A stretch of DNA of 64,000 nucleotides, taken from assembly GCA_046583355.1 (NCBI GenBank), contig JAYGCM010000019.1:1-64000 (forward strand). Reading direction: 5' to 3'. Position numbers and translations under genes: made by a program. Of this stretch, positions 27,405 to 38,176 are shown one piece after another. The stretch is from Deltaproteobacteria bacterium (GTDB taxonomy: Bacteria; Desulfobacterota; Binatia; UBA12015). The notes below the pieces were generated by a model, which saw only the letters and a program-made list of their open reading frames with translations, was not told the DNA's origin and searched no databases. Position 1 is the stretch's first letter. The number at the start of each line of letters is the position of its first letter.

Positions 27405-29796
27405 CCCGGCCCAGAGCGCCGAGCGCATCCTCGACCTCTAGTTCCAACGCGAAGAAGCCCTCGCCGTCCGGAGTACCTTCAATCCGGGATTTCTCCGTAT
27501 TGATGACAAGACCCGGCGGCAGCACACCTTGCGTGACGCGGATCTGGTAGGGGGGCAAACCACGTTTGGGATTGAGGCGCATCCGGTACTTCTTGCCATC
27601 GCGGCCGCGGCGAAAACGCTTGGCGCCCAGCTTGAAGGCCTTGAGGGACTCGATCTCATAATCGCGCGTAAGTCGCGTACCCAAGGCATCTTCGACGCTC
27701 ACACGGATCGTCCGCGCACGGCGGCGGTGCAGCGGCGTGCCCGTGATACGCCCGTCTGTCGTGAGCACCAATCCCTCGGGCAACTCGCCCGACACCACGC
27801 GACAATCATAGGGCGGCGTGCCACCACCCACACCGAGATCGACCTCGTAGGAAAGGTCTTCTTCGGCCGGCGGCAAGGTCTCGAGGCCGATCGCCAGCGG
27901 CGGCACCTCGCCTCGCCAATATTGATTGGCACGCGCCCATACGGCCGGCCCGATATCGTCGCCCATTTTGCGGCCGGGAATATCATCGGCGGGCGGATGA
28001 ATCCCGCCCCAGATCCGCGACAGCGAACATTGATCCGACGCATCATAATACGAAGCCCATTGCAGGGTCACATCCACGCTCGGACCGTCCTCAAAAACCA
28101 GAAATTCGTTCTTGGGCGCGGCAAACTCGCCAAGCCCACCGGGGAAGAAGGGCGAACCCGTCAGCCGGTGCAGGACGACCGCAGCCGTGCGGCTATAGGT
28201 ACTATGGCCCGAGACATAGCCGGCAAAGGGGGGCGTCACGAAGGATGCCCTCTGGTAGGGCCACCAATTCTCGGCAAGGATCCAGCCCACACCAGCGGTA
28301 TCGCGCAGAGGATTGTTCACTTCCTCATGACCTTGCCAGACCTTCAGCGCGATCTTGCCCTCGTGACCACGCAGATGACGATGCTTTTTGCGCCGCCGCG
28401 TGGTCTCGGGCGTGACCAATTCGATGATCTCCGGATAGAGGCGAATGCCGTCCGGGTGGTAGGAAAGCGCGGTCGGATCCGAGCTCTGGCCGCTATCGGC
28501 AAGCGCGCGCATTGCGGAAATGGGGCGGACGAAATCATAATAGCCCTTGACGCTCCAGGCGGCGATCGCAGCATCATGCATCGCGCCGCCGAGCAGCATA
28601 TAGGCCTTCACATCCCATTCGAGATCGTCGACCGGCTCGCCCTCGCCCGCGATCCGCTTCGCAAGTAATTCGTGGTCGTTCACATAGTTCAGAATGACGA
28701 ACCAATGCCCCGGCGGCGTCTCGGAGTCCGGACCGTCGGCCCAGAACTCGGCCAGCACACGAGCGTAATCGCCACGCGGAACCAGCTGTTCGGCATAGGG
28801 CTCGCCGGTCACCGGATTGGCGGCATAGCCGGGCGAGCCGTCGCCACCATTGGTCAGATCATAAAACGAAGGCCAATCCTCCAGCGTTGCCGGCAATGTG
28901 GCCGCGCCGATCGAGGCGGGTGAGATATCCCATAGGACACCGTCGGTCGGGTCGAGGTGCCCCGACCAGGCGGCGACCAACTCAAAGCCCCAGCGATACG
29001 CAGCATCGGTGTCTGTACCAAAAAGCGGCGGCGGGCCCGGGTCGTGCCAGATGGACCAGCCATAGCCGTCGCGCTGGCGGATCGTGCGGCGCGCAGGGGA
29101 CAGGGAGAAAGGCGTGACCTCGCCCCACTCCGGGCCGAGGAACTCCGGGTAGCCGCCGAGAATCGGATTGCCGGATTGATCGACAAAAAATTCCAGCGCC
29201 AGAGCCTGCCAGCGGTTCCTGTCGAGGATATCCGGGTTGCCGGCAAGCGCGGGCAGGAGCGGCGGGTTCACCGTCTGATAAACTTGATTGACGTACCCAC
29301 CGGCCTCGTTCGAGCCATCCTGCAGGCCGAAGACGAGAATGCGGGCCGCTATGCGGTTACCGATGGCGGCGGGCGAGTTGCCCACCGTAGTGGTGATGGA
29401 AACCGGATAGCCAAGCTCGGCCATCAGCGCGTCGTAGGTCGGCAATAGGGTCGCCGCGCCGGGCGAGCCAGCAAACCGCACGCGCAGAACCCGATAGACA
29501 GCGTAGCTGATCGCCTCGTCACGAGCGGCGCTCGGGTCGGCAGCCATATGCTGCTCGCCGAAAAGAACAGGCGACGCCGTGGCATCGAAAGTCGCCCACG
29601 CATCCCACATCGCCAAAGAGAGGTGGAAGAGGTTGCGCGCATGGACGGTGGGGCGCGCGAGGTCCTTGCGGATCGAGTCCAGCGTCAGCTCATTCCATTG
29701 ACGCGCTACCGAATGCGGGCCCGTGGCGGCTGCCGGAAGTGCCGCGGCGAGGAAGAAGAGAATCGAGACAACGAGGAGCGCGGATTTTTTCATCAT
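27370..29796 (-). CDS. Secreted vanadium-dependent haloperoxidase/PAP2-like protein with two C-terminal putative Ig domains
   Basis: Signal peptide; KGYYDFVRP, TPPFAGYVSGHS and SRIWGGIH active-site motifs; GGTPPY...GELPEGL...ITGTP repeated twice. Confidence 0.85.
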   Translation of the reverse strand: MMKKSALLVVSILFFLAAALPAAATGPHSVARQWNELTLDSIRKDLARPTVHARNLFHLSLAMWDAWATFDATASPVLFGEQHMAADPSAARDEAISYAVYRVLRVRFAGSPGAATLLPTYDALMAELGYPVSITTTVGNSPAAIGNRIAARILVFGLQDGSNEAGGYVNQVYQTVNPPLLPALAGNPDILDRNRWQALALEFFVDQSGNPILGGYPEFLGPEWGEVTPFSLSPARRTIRQRDGYGWSIWHDPGPPPLFGTDTDAAYRWGFELVAAWSGHLDPTDGVLWDISPASIGAATLPATLEDWPSFYDLTNGGDGSPGYAANPVTGEPYAEQLVPRGDYARVLAEFWADGPDSETPPGHWFVILNYVNDHELLAKRIAGEGEPVDDLEWDVKAYMLLGGAMHDAAIAAWSVKGYYDFVRPISAMRALADSGQSSDPTALSYHPDGIRLYPEIIELVTPETTRRRKKHRHLRGHEGKIALKVWQGHEEVNNPLRDTAGVGWILAENWWPYQRASFVTPPFAGYVSGHSTYSRTAAVVLHRLTGSPFFPGGLGEFAAPKNEFLVFEDGPSVDVTLQWASYYDASDQCSLSRIWGGIHPPADDIPGRKMGDDIGPAVWARANQYWRGEVPPLAIGLETLPPAEEDLSYEVDLGVGGGTPPYDCRVVSGELPEGLVLTTDGRITGTPLHRRRARTIRVSVEDALGTRLTRDYEIESLKAFKLGAKRFRRGRDGKKYRMRLNPKRGLPPYQIRVTQGVLPPGLVINTEKSRIEGTPDGEGFFALELEVEDALGALGRVSGEIFLRPAK

Positions 29797-29946
29797 GAGC
29801 TGAAGTTGGTGCGGGCGTGAAGGCCTGGTCCAAAAACCCAGGAACGACTGACAGTATACGAAACCTGCGGCACTCCGGTCGAGGCCCTAAATGTAGATTC
29901 AACAACCTCTGGCCGCAGCCATGACCATTCGCTAGCAAGATATGAG

Positions 29947-31086
29947 ATGTTCTCAGTTTCGCAGAAAAGAAAGCTGCTCTGCCTGGGCCTCAGCGCAGCT
30001 CTGCTGCCGGCCGCCGGCTGCGCGAGCGAACCCGTGCGGAGTCAGGAACCCACGGCGCTCGCCAGCGAGCGCGCCCGTCCGGCCATCCGCGTCCAGGTCG
30101 CACGAGTCCGCAAGGGTCAGCTGGATATCCAGCCGCGCGCAACCGGGATCAGCCGGGCCTTTCGCCGGGCCACGATCGCCGCCGAAATCGGGGGCCGCGT
30201 TCTCGAGCGAAGGGCCGAGGCCGGCGACCGGGTCGAGGCCGGAACACCGCTCCTGGTGCTCGACCGGCGCCGCCCCGGCCTCATCCGCGACGAGGCCCGC
30301 GCCCGATTGCGCTCACGCGAGACCGACCTCGCCGAGGCCAAACGCGAGCTTGCGCGCGGCCAGGACCTCGCCCACCAGCAGGCACTCAGCGAGAGCGAAC
30401 TCGACCACCTGAACTCGCAACGCGACCGCGCAGCCGCTGCGCTTGCGCTTGCCCGCGCCGGGGCGGCCCGCGCCGAGCAGGATTTTGCGGATGCGACCGT
30501 ACGCGCCCCCTTTGCCGGCAGCGTCGAGCGGGTCCACGCCGATGTGGGTGATTATCTTCAGCCCGGCACTCCCGTCGCCGTCGTCATCGACCTCTCGCGG
30601 GTCCGCGTTCAGACCGGCGTCACCGCGACCGAGGCCGCCCGACTGCACGAGAAAATGCCCGTGACGCTCATCTTCGATGCCGGCGATGGCCGCATGCGAA
30701 CCAGCACCATCCGCAGCATCGGCCGGCTGGCCGATGCCCGGACCGGCACCTACCCGGTGGAAATTTGGCTGGATAATGCAGACGGCTCGATCCGCGACGG
30801 CATGATGGCCTCGATCGGCTTCACCCGCGATCAGACCTCTTCGGTTCCTCTGGTGCCGCGCGCCGCATTGGCACGCAACCGCCGCGGCGTCGTCATCTAT
30901 GTGGTCGAAGGAGAGGGCGAGATCCGACAGGCCGTCATGCGCGAGGTCCGTCTCGGGCGCAGCGACCAGACCCATATCGAAGTCCTCGGCGGCCTCGAGC
31001 CGGGCGAGGTCGTCATCACCGACGGGCATTTTGCCATCGAAGATGGCGCGCCCATCGTGATCGATCGCGCCAGCGCGGGAGCATAG
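29947..31086 (+). CDS. RND efflux periplasmic adaptor (lipoprotein)
   Basis: AAGC lipobox-like; AEIGGRV...GDRVEAG; coiled hairpin; VRAPFAG; GGLEPGEVVITDG. Confidence 0.92.
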   Translation: MFSVSQKRKLLCLGLSAALLPAAGCASEPVRSQEPTALASERARPAIRVQVARVRKGQLDIQPRATGISRAFRRATIAAEIGGRVLERRAEAGDRVEAGTPLLVLDRRRPGLIRDEARARLRSRETDLAEAKRELARGQDLAHQQALSESELDHLNSQRDRAAAALALARAGAARAEQDFADATVRAPFAGSVERVHADVGDYLQPGTPVAVVIDLSRVRVQTGVTATEAARLHEKMPVTLIFDAGDGRMRTSTIRSIGRLADARTGTYPVEIWLDNADGSIRDGMMASIGFTRDQTSSVPLVPRAALARNRRGVVIYVVEGEGEIRQAVMREVRLGRSDQTHIEVLGGLEPGEVVITDGHFAIEDGAPIVIDRASAGA

Positions 31087-31093
31087 GCCAGCC

Positions 31094-34000
31094 GTGGAAC
31101 GTCTCGTACGTTGGTTCGTCGAGCGCCATCTCGTCGTCAATATCATCGTCGTCGTGATCGTCGTTCTCGGCGTGCGCTCGCTGACCAGCGCGCCGCGCGA
31201 AACGTTTCCGAATATCACCATGCCCGTGCTCTTCGTCGGGGCGGCCCTGCCCGGCGCCGCGGCGCAGGATATCGAGACCAAGCTCACCTTGCCGATCGAG
31301 GAAGCGATCGAGGGCCTCGATGGCGTCAAGGATTTCACCTCGGTCATCACCGACAATGCGACCCAGACCGAAATCCACTTCCCCGAAGACGTCACCGACG
31401 AGCGGATCCGCGAAGCCGAGCAGGAACTGCGCGCACTGATCGATGCCATCACTGATTTCCCGCCGGAGATGGAGGACGAACCCTACGTCAATCGGGTGAA
31501 CTCGAAACGTTTTCCGGTGGTACAGATCGCCCTTGCGGGACCGGCCCATGCGGTAGTGGAAACCGCCGAACGCCTGGAGCGTGAGCTACGCCGCCTCGAT
31601 CCCGTCTCGCGCATCTCCACCATCGGGCTCGAAGACCCCGAGATGCGCATCCTCATCGACCCGCTGCGTGCGCGCGCCCATCACATCACGATTCTCGACG
31701 TGGTCCATGCCATCGGACAAAACAATATCTCCAATACCGGCGGCGTATTGGAGACCCCCAGTGAACGACGCCAGGTCGTCCTCTGGAACCGGATCGACGA
31801 CCCGAGCACCGTCGGGGACACGGTGCTGCGCTACCTTCCCGACGGCGGCGCCTTGCACGTCTCCGATATCGCGCGGATAGAAAGCGCCCGCGAAGACCGC
31901 GGCTTGATCGTCCACACCAACGGACAACCCGGCATCGCGCTCTGGGTCATCAAACGCGACGGCGCGGATGTGCTGGATGCGGTCGACGAAATCCGGGCTT
32001 TCCTGGACGATTTCGCCATGCCCGCTGGCGTCTCCGCAACTCTCCTGGACGACGACTCCCATTGGACACGCAACCGCATCGACCTCATCACGACCAACGG
32101 CTTTGTCGGTGGAATCATCATCGCCATTGTCCTCTTTGCCTTCCTCTCACGCAGGGTCGCCCTCTGGGTATTGATCGGCGTGCCGGTGGTCTTCCTCGGC
32201 ACCTTCGCGCTCTTCCCCATTTTCGACCTGACCATCAACGTCATCACGCTGACCGGCTGCGTCGTCGTGCTCGGCATGTTGGTCGACGACGCCGTGGTCG
32301 TGGCGGAGCGGATCACCAGCCTGCGCCAGGAGGGCATGAGCCGTAACGAAGCCGCGGTCAAGGGCGCCATGGAGATGGTGCGGCCAGTGATGGCCTCCGC
32401 CGTCACCACCATACTGGCCTTCATGCCGATGTGGTCGATCGGCGGCATGGCCGGCAAGATGCTGCGCACGCTGCCGACCGTCGTGATCCTGGCGCTCGTC
32501 ATCTCGCTTTTCGAGACTTTCTTTTTGCTGCCGGGCCATATGACGATGGCGACCAAGGCGCCGCCCGCGCGCCGCGCCTTCGTTTTGCGACTCGAGGCGA
32601 TTTACCGCCGCCATCTCGCCACCTTGCTGCACCACCGCGGCCTGGTCGTGTTCAGCTTCATCGCCATCCTCATAATCGCCTTCGCCGTAGTCGGGCCACG
32701 CACGCGCGTGATGATCTTCCCGCAGGACGACTCGCAATCCCTCTTCGTGAAGGTCCTATTGCCGCCCGGAACTCCGATCGAGAGAACCGAGGCCGTCGCC
32801 GCCGCCATCGAGCGTCAGATCCCGGATCTGGTCGGCGCCGATCTACTCGCCGTAACCGCAAGAATCGGCCACAGCGTGGCCGATGCCGGCTTCGAGCGCG
32901 ACACAGGTGCCAGCACCAACGAGGCCGTCGTGCGTGCGATCTTCGACGCCACGCGGAAGCGGTCGACTTCCAGTGCCGAATGGGCCGCGATCTTCCGCGA
33001 GAACATCATCGTCCCGCCCGAGGCCGATATCCTCTATACCGCCGAGGTCCTCGGCCCGCCGATGGGCTACCCGGTCGAAATCTACGTCGAGAGCAATGAC
33101 AACCTGACCCGCCGCCAAGCCACCGCCGAGGTCGCGGATTGGCTGGCCAACATCGACGGAATCTCGAATATTGATGTCGACGAACGCCCCGGCATCGCCC
33201 AGATCGACCTCAACCTCGACGCCGAGCGCACAGCCCTGCGCGGCCTCACGGCCCAGGACGTCGGCCATACTCTGCAGGCCGCCTTCTACGGTATCCCTGC
33301 ATCCGAGCACCGCGAACTCGATGCAACGACGCGCTTCCTGGTAACCCTGGAGCCTGCCTACCGCGATTCGCTCGATTCGCTGCTCGAATTACCCGTCCGG
33401 TCGAATACGGGCGAGCTCGTACAATTGCGCGATGTCGTCAACCCGGTCGAAATGCCGGCGCTCTCGCGCATCTACCACCGCAATGGCGTGCGAGCGACTA
33501 CCGTCACCGCTAGTTTTGTTCCCGATAGCGGGCATACGGCGCTGGCAATGGCGCAAAGGATGGACCGCGAACTCCTGCCCCGCTTCGCCAAACGCGTTGG
33601 TATCAACGTGCGGCTTGGCGGCGAGGCTGTCGAGAGCCGGAAGACCGGCGGCGATATCGGCATGGCCGCACTGATTTCGATTGCCGGCATCACCGTGACC
33701 ATCGCCTTGATGCTGGGCTCTTTTCTGGAGGCCTTCCTCCTCATCCCGATCATCCCCTTTGCCGTGGCCATGGTGCTGGTCGTCTTCTTCCTGCACGACC
33801 AGCCACTCTCGCTTTTTGCCATGACCGGCACCATCGGCCTCTCGGGTGTGGTGGTGAACTCGGCCATCGTCATGGTCGATGCCATCCACCGGCGCACCAA
33901 CGGCCGCGAACTCTTCGGTCAGGAACGCGAAGACGTCATCATCGAAGCGGCCAGCGGGCGCCTGCGCCCGGTCCTCGTCACCTCGATTACGACGCTTGGC

Positions 34001-34177
34001 GGTGTGATTCCCATGGCCTACGGCATCGGTGGCTACGACGCCGTCGTCGCACCCATCTCACTTGCCTTGGGCTGGGGCCTGGCCCTGACCACGGCGGCCA
34101 GCCTGGCGCTGGTGCCGGTATTCTACACCATCGCCGGCGATCTCCGCGCCTTCGCCAGCCGCTTCCGCAACCGCTGA
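31094..34177 (+). CDS. RND efflux permease (AcrB family)
   Basis: 1027 aa; RETFP, GMLVDDAVVVAE, GVVVNSAIVMVD, RLRPVLVTSITT. Confidence 0.95.
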   Translation: MERLVRWFVERHLVVNIIVVVIVVLGVRSLTSAPRETFPNITMPVLFVGAALPGAAAQDIETKLTLPIEEAIEGLDGVKDFTSVITDNATQTEIHFPEDVTDERIREAEQELRALIDAITDFPPEMEDEPYVNRVNSKRFPVVQIALAGPAHAVVETAERLERELRRLDPVSRISTIGLEDPEMRILIDPLRARAHHITILDVVHAIGQNNISNTGGVLETPSERRQVVLWNRIDDPSTVGDTVLRYLPDGGALHVSDIARIESAREDRGLIVHTNGQPGIALWVIKRDGADVLDAVDEIRAFLDDFAMPAGVSATLLDDDSHWTRNRIDLITTNGFVGGIIIAIVLFAFLSRRVALWVLIGVPVVFLGTFALFPIFDLTINVITLTGCVVVLGMLVDDAVVVAERITSLRQEGMSRNEAAVKGAMEMVRPVMASAVTTILAFMPMWSIGGMAGKMLRTLPTVVILALVISLFETFFLLPGHMTMATKAPPARRAFVLRLEAIYRRHLATLLHHRGLVVFSFIAILIIAFAVVGPRTRVMIFPQDDSQSLFVKVLLPPGTPIERTEAVAAAIERQIPDLVGADLLAVTARIGHSVADAGFERDTGASTNEAVVRAIFDATRKRSTSSAEWAAIFRENIIVPPEADILYTAEVLGPPMGYPVEIYVESNDNLTRRQATAEVADWLANIDGISNIDVDERPGIAQIDLNLDAERTALRGLTAQDVGHTLQAAFYGIPASEHRELDATTRFLVTLEPAYRDSLDSLLELPVRSNTGELVQLRDVVNPVEMPALSRIYHRNGVRATTVTASFVPDSGHTALAMAQRMDRELLPRFAKRVGINVRLGGEAVESRKTGGDIGMAALISIAGITVTIALMLGSFLEAFLLIPIIPFAVAMVLVVFFLHDQPLSLFAMTGTIGLSGVVVNSAIVMVDAIHRRTNGRELFGQEREDVIIEAASGRLRPVLVTSITTLGGVIPMAYGIGGYDAVVAPISLALGWGLALTTAASLALVPVFYTIAGDLRAFASRFRNR

Positions 34178-34211
34178 AGCCGCGCGCCGTTGCCACACTA
34201 CGGAGCGTGGC

Positions 34212-36005
34212 CTAAGACACCATACCGAGAACGGAGTCTCCTTCGTGGCGGAGCACGAATTTATCATCCTTGACGATTTTCTTCTTGGCCTCGCGCTGTA
34301 TGATGAAATTGCCCAAGTAGAGCACGTCCATCCCGGAGCGACTGAAGGTATTGAAGGCGTTCTCCGGCGTCTCGACGATCGGCTCGCCTTTGAGGTTGAA
34401 ACTCGTATTCAGCACCACCGGCACCCCCGTCGCTTCGCCGAATTTCTCGACCATACGATGGTAGGAAGGGTTGGTCGACTGGCGGATGGTCTGCAGGCGG
34501 CCGGATCCATCGACATGCGTGATCGCCGGCAATAGCTCGCGCTTGTCCTCCACCACGGGAACGACATAGAGCATAAAATCGGCCGGGTAATGATCGAGTG
34601 CGTTCGGCAACTCGAAGAACTCGCTACAGCGCTCGGCCAGCACGCTCGGCGCAAAGGGCCGGAAAGCCTCGCGGAATTTGATCTTCTTGTTGACGATCTC
34701 CTTCATCTCGGCGCGGCGCGGATCGGCGATGATCGAGCGTGCGCCGAGGGCGCGCGGGCCCCACTCCTGACGACCCCGCATCCAGCCACCGACACGGCCG
34801 GCAAGGAGGTCATCCACCACGCGGTCGTAGAACTTTTCGTCGTCGTCGACCTGTTCGAAGGGAAGGTCGTGTTTGCGCAGGAAGTCGCCGATCTGGTTCT
34901 CGTCGTATTCGCTGCCGAGGTAGGCCGAGTCGAGCATCTTCGCGCGCGGCTTGCCGAGCACCTGATGGTAGCACCAGAGCGCGGCCCCGATGGCCCCGCC
35001 ATCGTCACCCGGCGCCGGTGGAATATAGATACTATCGAACCCGGAGTCGCGCAGGATCTTCGCGTTCGCCACTGAATTCAGCGCAACCCCGCCCGAGAGG
35101 CAGAGATTGTTCAGCCCGGTTTTCGCCCGCAGGGACTTCGCCATCTTGATGAGAATCGACTCGGTCACGGCCTGGATCGACATCGCAACGTCGCAATAAA
35201 ACGGGTCAAGCGATTTGTCAGCCAGCTTCGGATCCCGCGGCGGCGCGCCCATGCACTCGGCAAATTTCGGCGAAAGCGTCTGATCGGCCGAATGATGGAA
35301 AGCGAAATAATCGAGGTCGAGCCAATAGGAGCCGTCGCTGCCGACCTGGATCATCTTCTCGATACGGTCGATGTATTTCGCCTCGCCATAGGGCGCCATG
35401 CCCATCAGCTTGTACTCGCCCTCGTTCACCTCAAAGCCGCAATAGGCCGTGAACGACGAATAGAGCAGCCCGAGCGAATGCGGGAAACGGCTCTCCTGGG
35501 TGAGCTCGATATGCGTCCCCTTGCCCACACCGGTGGTCCCGGTCGACCACTCGCCTGCCCCATCCACCGTGATGATCGCTGCCTCGTCATAAGGCGAGCA
35601 ATAAAAAGATGCCGCGGCATGCGACATATGATGTTCGCAGAAGAGAATTTTCCGCTGATCTATTTTAAGATTGTCGCGAATCAGCGGCTTGATCCAGAGT
35701 TTGTCGGTGATCCAGCGGCGCATCGACTCGCGAAAGACCCGATGCGAGCGCGGAAAGGTCGCAAACGCCGTGAGCAGCAGGCGCTCGAACTTCACGAAAG
35801 GCTTCTCGTAGAAGACGATATGGTCGACATCCTGAATCGCGATGCCCGCCCGCGCAAGGCAGAAGTCGATCGCCAGCTGCGGAAACCCGCTATCATGCTT
35901 CACCCTGGAGAAGCGCTCTTCGGCCGCTGCCGCCACGACCACGCCGTCATGAATCAGGGCTGCCGCGCTATCGTGATAATAAAAAGAGAGTCCGAGAACG
36001 TACAT
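34212..36005 (-). CDS. Carbamoyltransferase (NodU/CmcH family)
   Basis: YYHDSAAAL, EERFSRVKH, EHHMSHAA, DGAGE, GEYKLMG, GPRALGARS, KFREAFRPFAP, NTSFN. Confidence 0.95.
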   Translation of the reverse strand: MYVLGLSFYYHDSAAALIHDGVVVAAAAEERFSRVKHDSGFPQLAIDFCLARAGIAIQDVDHIVFYEKPFVKFERLLLTAFATFPRSHRVFRESMRRWITDKLWIKPLIRDNLKIDQRKILFCEHHMSHAAASFYCSPYDEAAIITVDGAGEWSTGTTGVGKGTHIELTQESRFPHSLGLLYSSFTAYCGFEVNEGEYKLMGMAPYGEAKYIDRIEKMIQVGSDGSYWLDLDYFAFHHSADQTLSPKFAECMGAPPRDPKLADKSLDPFYCDVAMSIQAVTESILIKMAKSLRAKTGLNNLCLSGGVALNSVANAKILRDSGFDSIYIPPAPGDDGGAIGAALWCYHQVLGKPRAKMLDSAYLGSEYDENQIGDFLRKHDLPFEQVDDDEKFYDRVVDDLLAGRVGGWMRGRQEWGPRALGARSIIADPRRAEMKEIVNKKIKFREAFRPFAPSVLAERCSEFFELPNALDHYPADFMLYVVPVVEDKRELLPAITHVDGSGRLQTIRQSTNPSYHRMVEKFGEATGVPVVLNTSFNLKGEPIVETPENAFNTFSRSGMDVLYLGNFIIQREAKKKIVKDDKFVLRHEGDSVLGMVS

Positions 36006-36094
36006 CTTCACTCTCAGGAATACATCGACCACTCGCGCGTAACAACCATTTCCTCATGCCGTCTGAATCGCTCGCGTCGCCAACCCACGTCGGC

Positions 36095-36100
36095 TAAACT
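36095..36100 (+). promoter_or_regulatory. -10 element of putative leaderless transcript
   Basis: TAAACT, 6-nt spacer, then ATG at 36107. Confidence 0.55.
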
Positions 36101-36106
36101 CCAGAG

Positions 36107-36364
36107 ATGGATCGGTCCGACGTATTGCGCTTTGTGCAACGTGATCGAACTCGCGCCCGAACCAGCAAGGCCGATTTCTGGGCGCGCCAGTACGCCACCC
36201 GCGGCGCCTCGGCTACCCTGGCGGCAAGCATGCAGCTGCACGAACATATGCGGCGCATTCGCCCCGACTGGCCCACGCCGGCAGACCGCGACCGCGACCT
36301 TCACCACCATATTGAGATGGCGCGCCTCTACGGTCGGATTGCCTATGCCTTCCGGTCTCGCTGA
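36107..36364 (+). CDS. Small helical protein, putative antitoxin or partner of the nucleotidyltransferase
   Basis: 85 aa; overlaps the downstream nucleotidyltransferase gene by 20 bp; own -10 element. Confidence 0.6.
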   Translation: MDRSDVLRFVQRDRTRARTSKADFWARQYATRGASATLAASMQLHEHMRRIRPDWPTPADRDRDLHHHIEMARLYGRIAYAFRSR

Positions 36365-36938
36365 CCTGCTCGCCGACTTGGGGAGCGCTCTTCAGGCGGC
36401 CGGCCGGGATTGGTATCTCTTCGGCGCACAGGCCGCAGTCCTCTATGGCTCGGCTCGCTTGACGGCCGACGTGGATGCAACCGTGGATGCACCGCTGGAG
36501 GTCGTCGAGGCCCTGCTCGTGCCGCTGGCTCTCTGGCACTTCGAAGCGCGCGTCGAGAACCCGACCGACTTCGCTCGCACCACCCGAGTGCTGCCGCTGC
36601 TGCACACCCCAAGCGGAATGCCCTGCGATCTTGTCCTCGGTGGCCCGGGTCTCGAAGAACTCTTCCTGGAGCGGGCCGAGATTTTCGACGTCGAGGGAGT
36701 CCGCGTGCCAGTTGCTCGTGCCGACGACATTGTCGTGATGAAGATCCTGGCAGGGCGGCCCAAGGATCTGGAGGACGCAGCGGCGATTCTGCGCGCAGCG
36801 CCCGAGACTCTCAACCTGGCATCCGCGCACTCCCTGCTAGCGGAGTTGGAGAATGCCCTGGACCGAGGCGACCTCCTGCCCGTGCTCGAACAATTGCTCT
36901 CCGAGATCGAAAATCCACCTGCGCGGCGCAAGACGTAG
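36345..36938 (+). CDS. Nucleotidyltransferase (DUF6036/AbiEii-like)
   Basis: LFGAQAAVLYGSARLTADVD (G...R.T.DxD) and MKILAGRPKDLED. Confidence 0.8.
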   Translation: MPSGLADLLADLGSALQAAGRDWYLFGAQAAVLYGSARLTADVDATVDAPLEVVEALLVPLALWHFEARVENPTDFARTTRVLPLLHTPSGMPCDLVLGGPGLEELFLERAEIFDVEGVRVPVARADDIVVMKILAGRPKDLEDAAAILRAAPETLNLASAHSLLAELENALDRGDLLPVLEQLLSEIENPPARRKT

Positions 36939-37009
36939 CCGCCATATCCCAGCAAAAATTCCGGAGGAGCGAACTCGCCTGCAAGACCTCGAACTGGAGG
37001 CCCTAGAGG

Positions 37010-38170
37010 CTATCCGCGCGCGGAGGGAAGAAGGCGCAGCTTCTTCAGGCAGGACTCGAGCGGCCCCATCCAGATTCCACGGCCGACCACACCAGCTTCC
37101 TTTGCGAGATTCACCACATAGCCGCGCGGCAGCGCCAGGTCGGCCATGCAGGTCCGCAGGCCTTTCAGATCCGGGACGCTTGAACCCAGCTTGATCTCGA
37201 TAGGCAGCAGCTCGCCGCGTAGCCGCAGCAGGAGATCCACCTCCGTCCCGGAGTGCGTCCGGTAGAAGAAGGCCTCGCTTGTCGGGTCGGCCAGACGCGC
37301 GTGAAAGAGTAGCTGTTCGATACAAAAAGTCTCAAAGCTGGAACCGGCCTTCGGATGCGCAACAACCGATTTCCGCGCAAAGCCCATGCCGAGAAGAGAA
37401 TGGAGCATACCCGTATCGCGGAGGTAGACTTTCGGGCTCTTGACCAGGCGTTTGCCGATATTGGCGAAATAGGGTGGCAACCTGCGGACGAGAAAAATTC
37501 CCTCAAGAATATCGATGAGGTGTGCCACCGAGTGATAGTTCAGGCCCAGCGAACCGCCCAGCTCACTGAGGTTGCAGAGCCCCCCCTGATGATGAGCCAG
37601 CATCAGCAAGGCATCGTGAATTTTGCGGGCCGATACCCTGAACCCGAGCTGCGGAATATCCTGCTCGATACAGGTTCGCAGGTACGCCGGATACCACTCC
37701 TGTGGCGTTGCTCGAGGATGCGACCATTGCACCCTCGGGTAGGATCCGCGCAGCCAGAGTTTCTCCCAGGGCGCTTCCGCAACGGAGAGACCACCCATAT
37801 CGAGAATACCTACCCGACCAGTGAGAGATTCCGAGAGCTCGCGCACCAGCGCCGGTGACGCGGAGCCAAGCAACACGACGCGCCGTTTCGGGTCACGATC
37901 CAGCACTACACGCAATGCCGGAAAGATTTCCGGAAGGCGCTGGGCTTCGTCAATCACGAGACGGCGGCTTTCCTCCAGGACGAACACAGCATCATCCGAC
38001 AACCGACGCTGGACACCCGGATCTTCCAGATCCAGAAAATCAAAAGAAGGTAGTGCGATTCGTGCAAGTGTCGACTTGCCGACCTGTCGAGCACCGAGAA
38101 TTGCTACGGCCGGGAATTGTCGCAGCAGACTTCGGAGCCGCTTTTCCGCGATGCGTGGGTGAAGGCTCAT
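37010..38170 (-). CDS. AAA_14 ATPase with DUF4143 and C-terminal PD-(D/E)XK-like motif
   Basis: GARQVGKST, IDEAQ, LLGS, ESLTGR, RGSYP, KRLVKSPKVYLRDTG, YRTHSGTEVDL...IEIK. Confidence 0.9.
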   Translation of the reverse strand: MSLHPRIAEKRLRSLLRQFPAVAILGARQVGKSTLARIALPSFDFLDLEDPGVQRRLSDDAVFVLEESRRLVIDEAQRLPEIFPALRVVLDRDPKRRVVLLGSASPALVRELSESLTGRVGILDMGGLSVAEAPWEKLWLRGSYPRVQWSHPRATPQEWYPAYLRTCIEQDIPQLGFRVSARKIHDALLMLAHHQGGLCNLSELGGSLGLNYHSVAHLIDILEGIFLVRRLPPYFANIGKRLVKSPKVYLRDTGMLHSLLGMGFARKSVVAHPKAGSSFETFCIEQLLFHARLADPTSEAFFYRTHSGTEVDLLLRLRGELLPIEIKLGSSVPDLKGLRTCMADLALPRGYVVNLAKEAGVVGRGIWMGPLESCLKKLRLLPSARG

Positions 38171-38176
38171 ACGTGA

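Noticed and set aside
35292..36344. N-terminal part of the 548-aa ORF
   Set aside because: Antisense to the carbamoyltransferase; the nucleotidyltransferase begins at ATG 36345.
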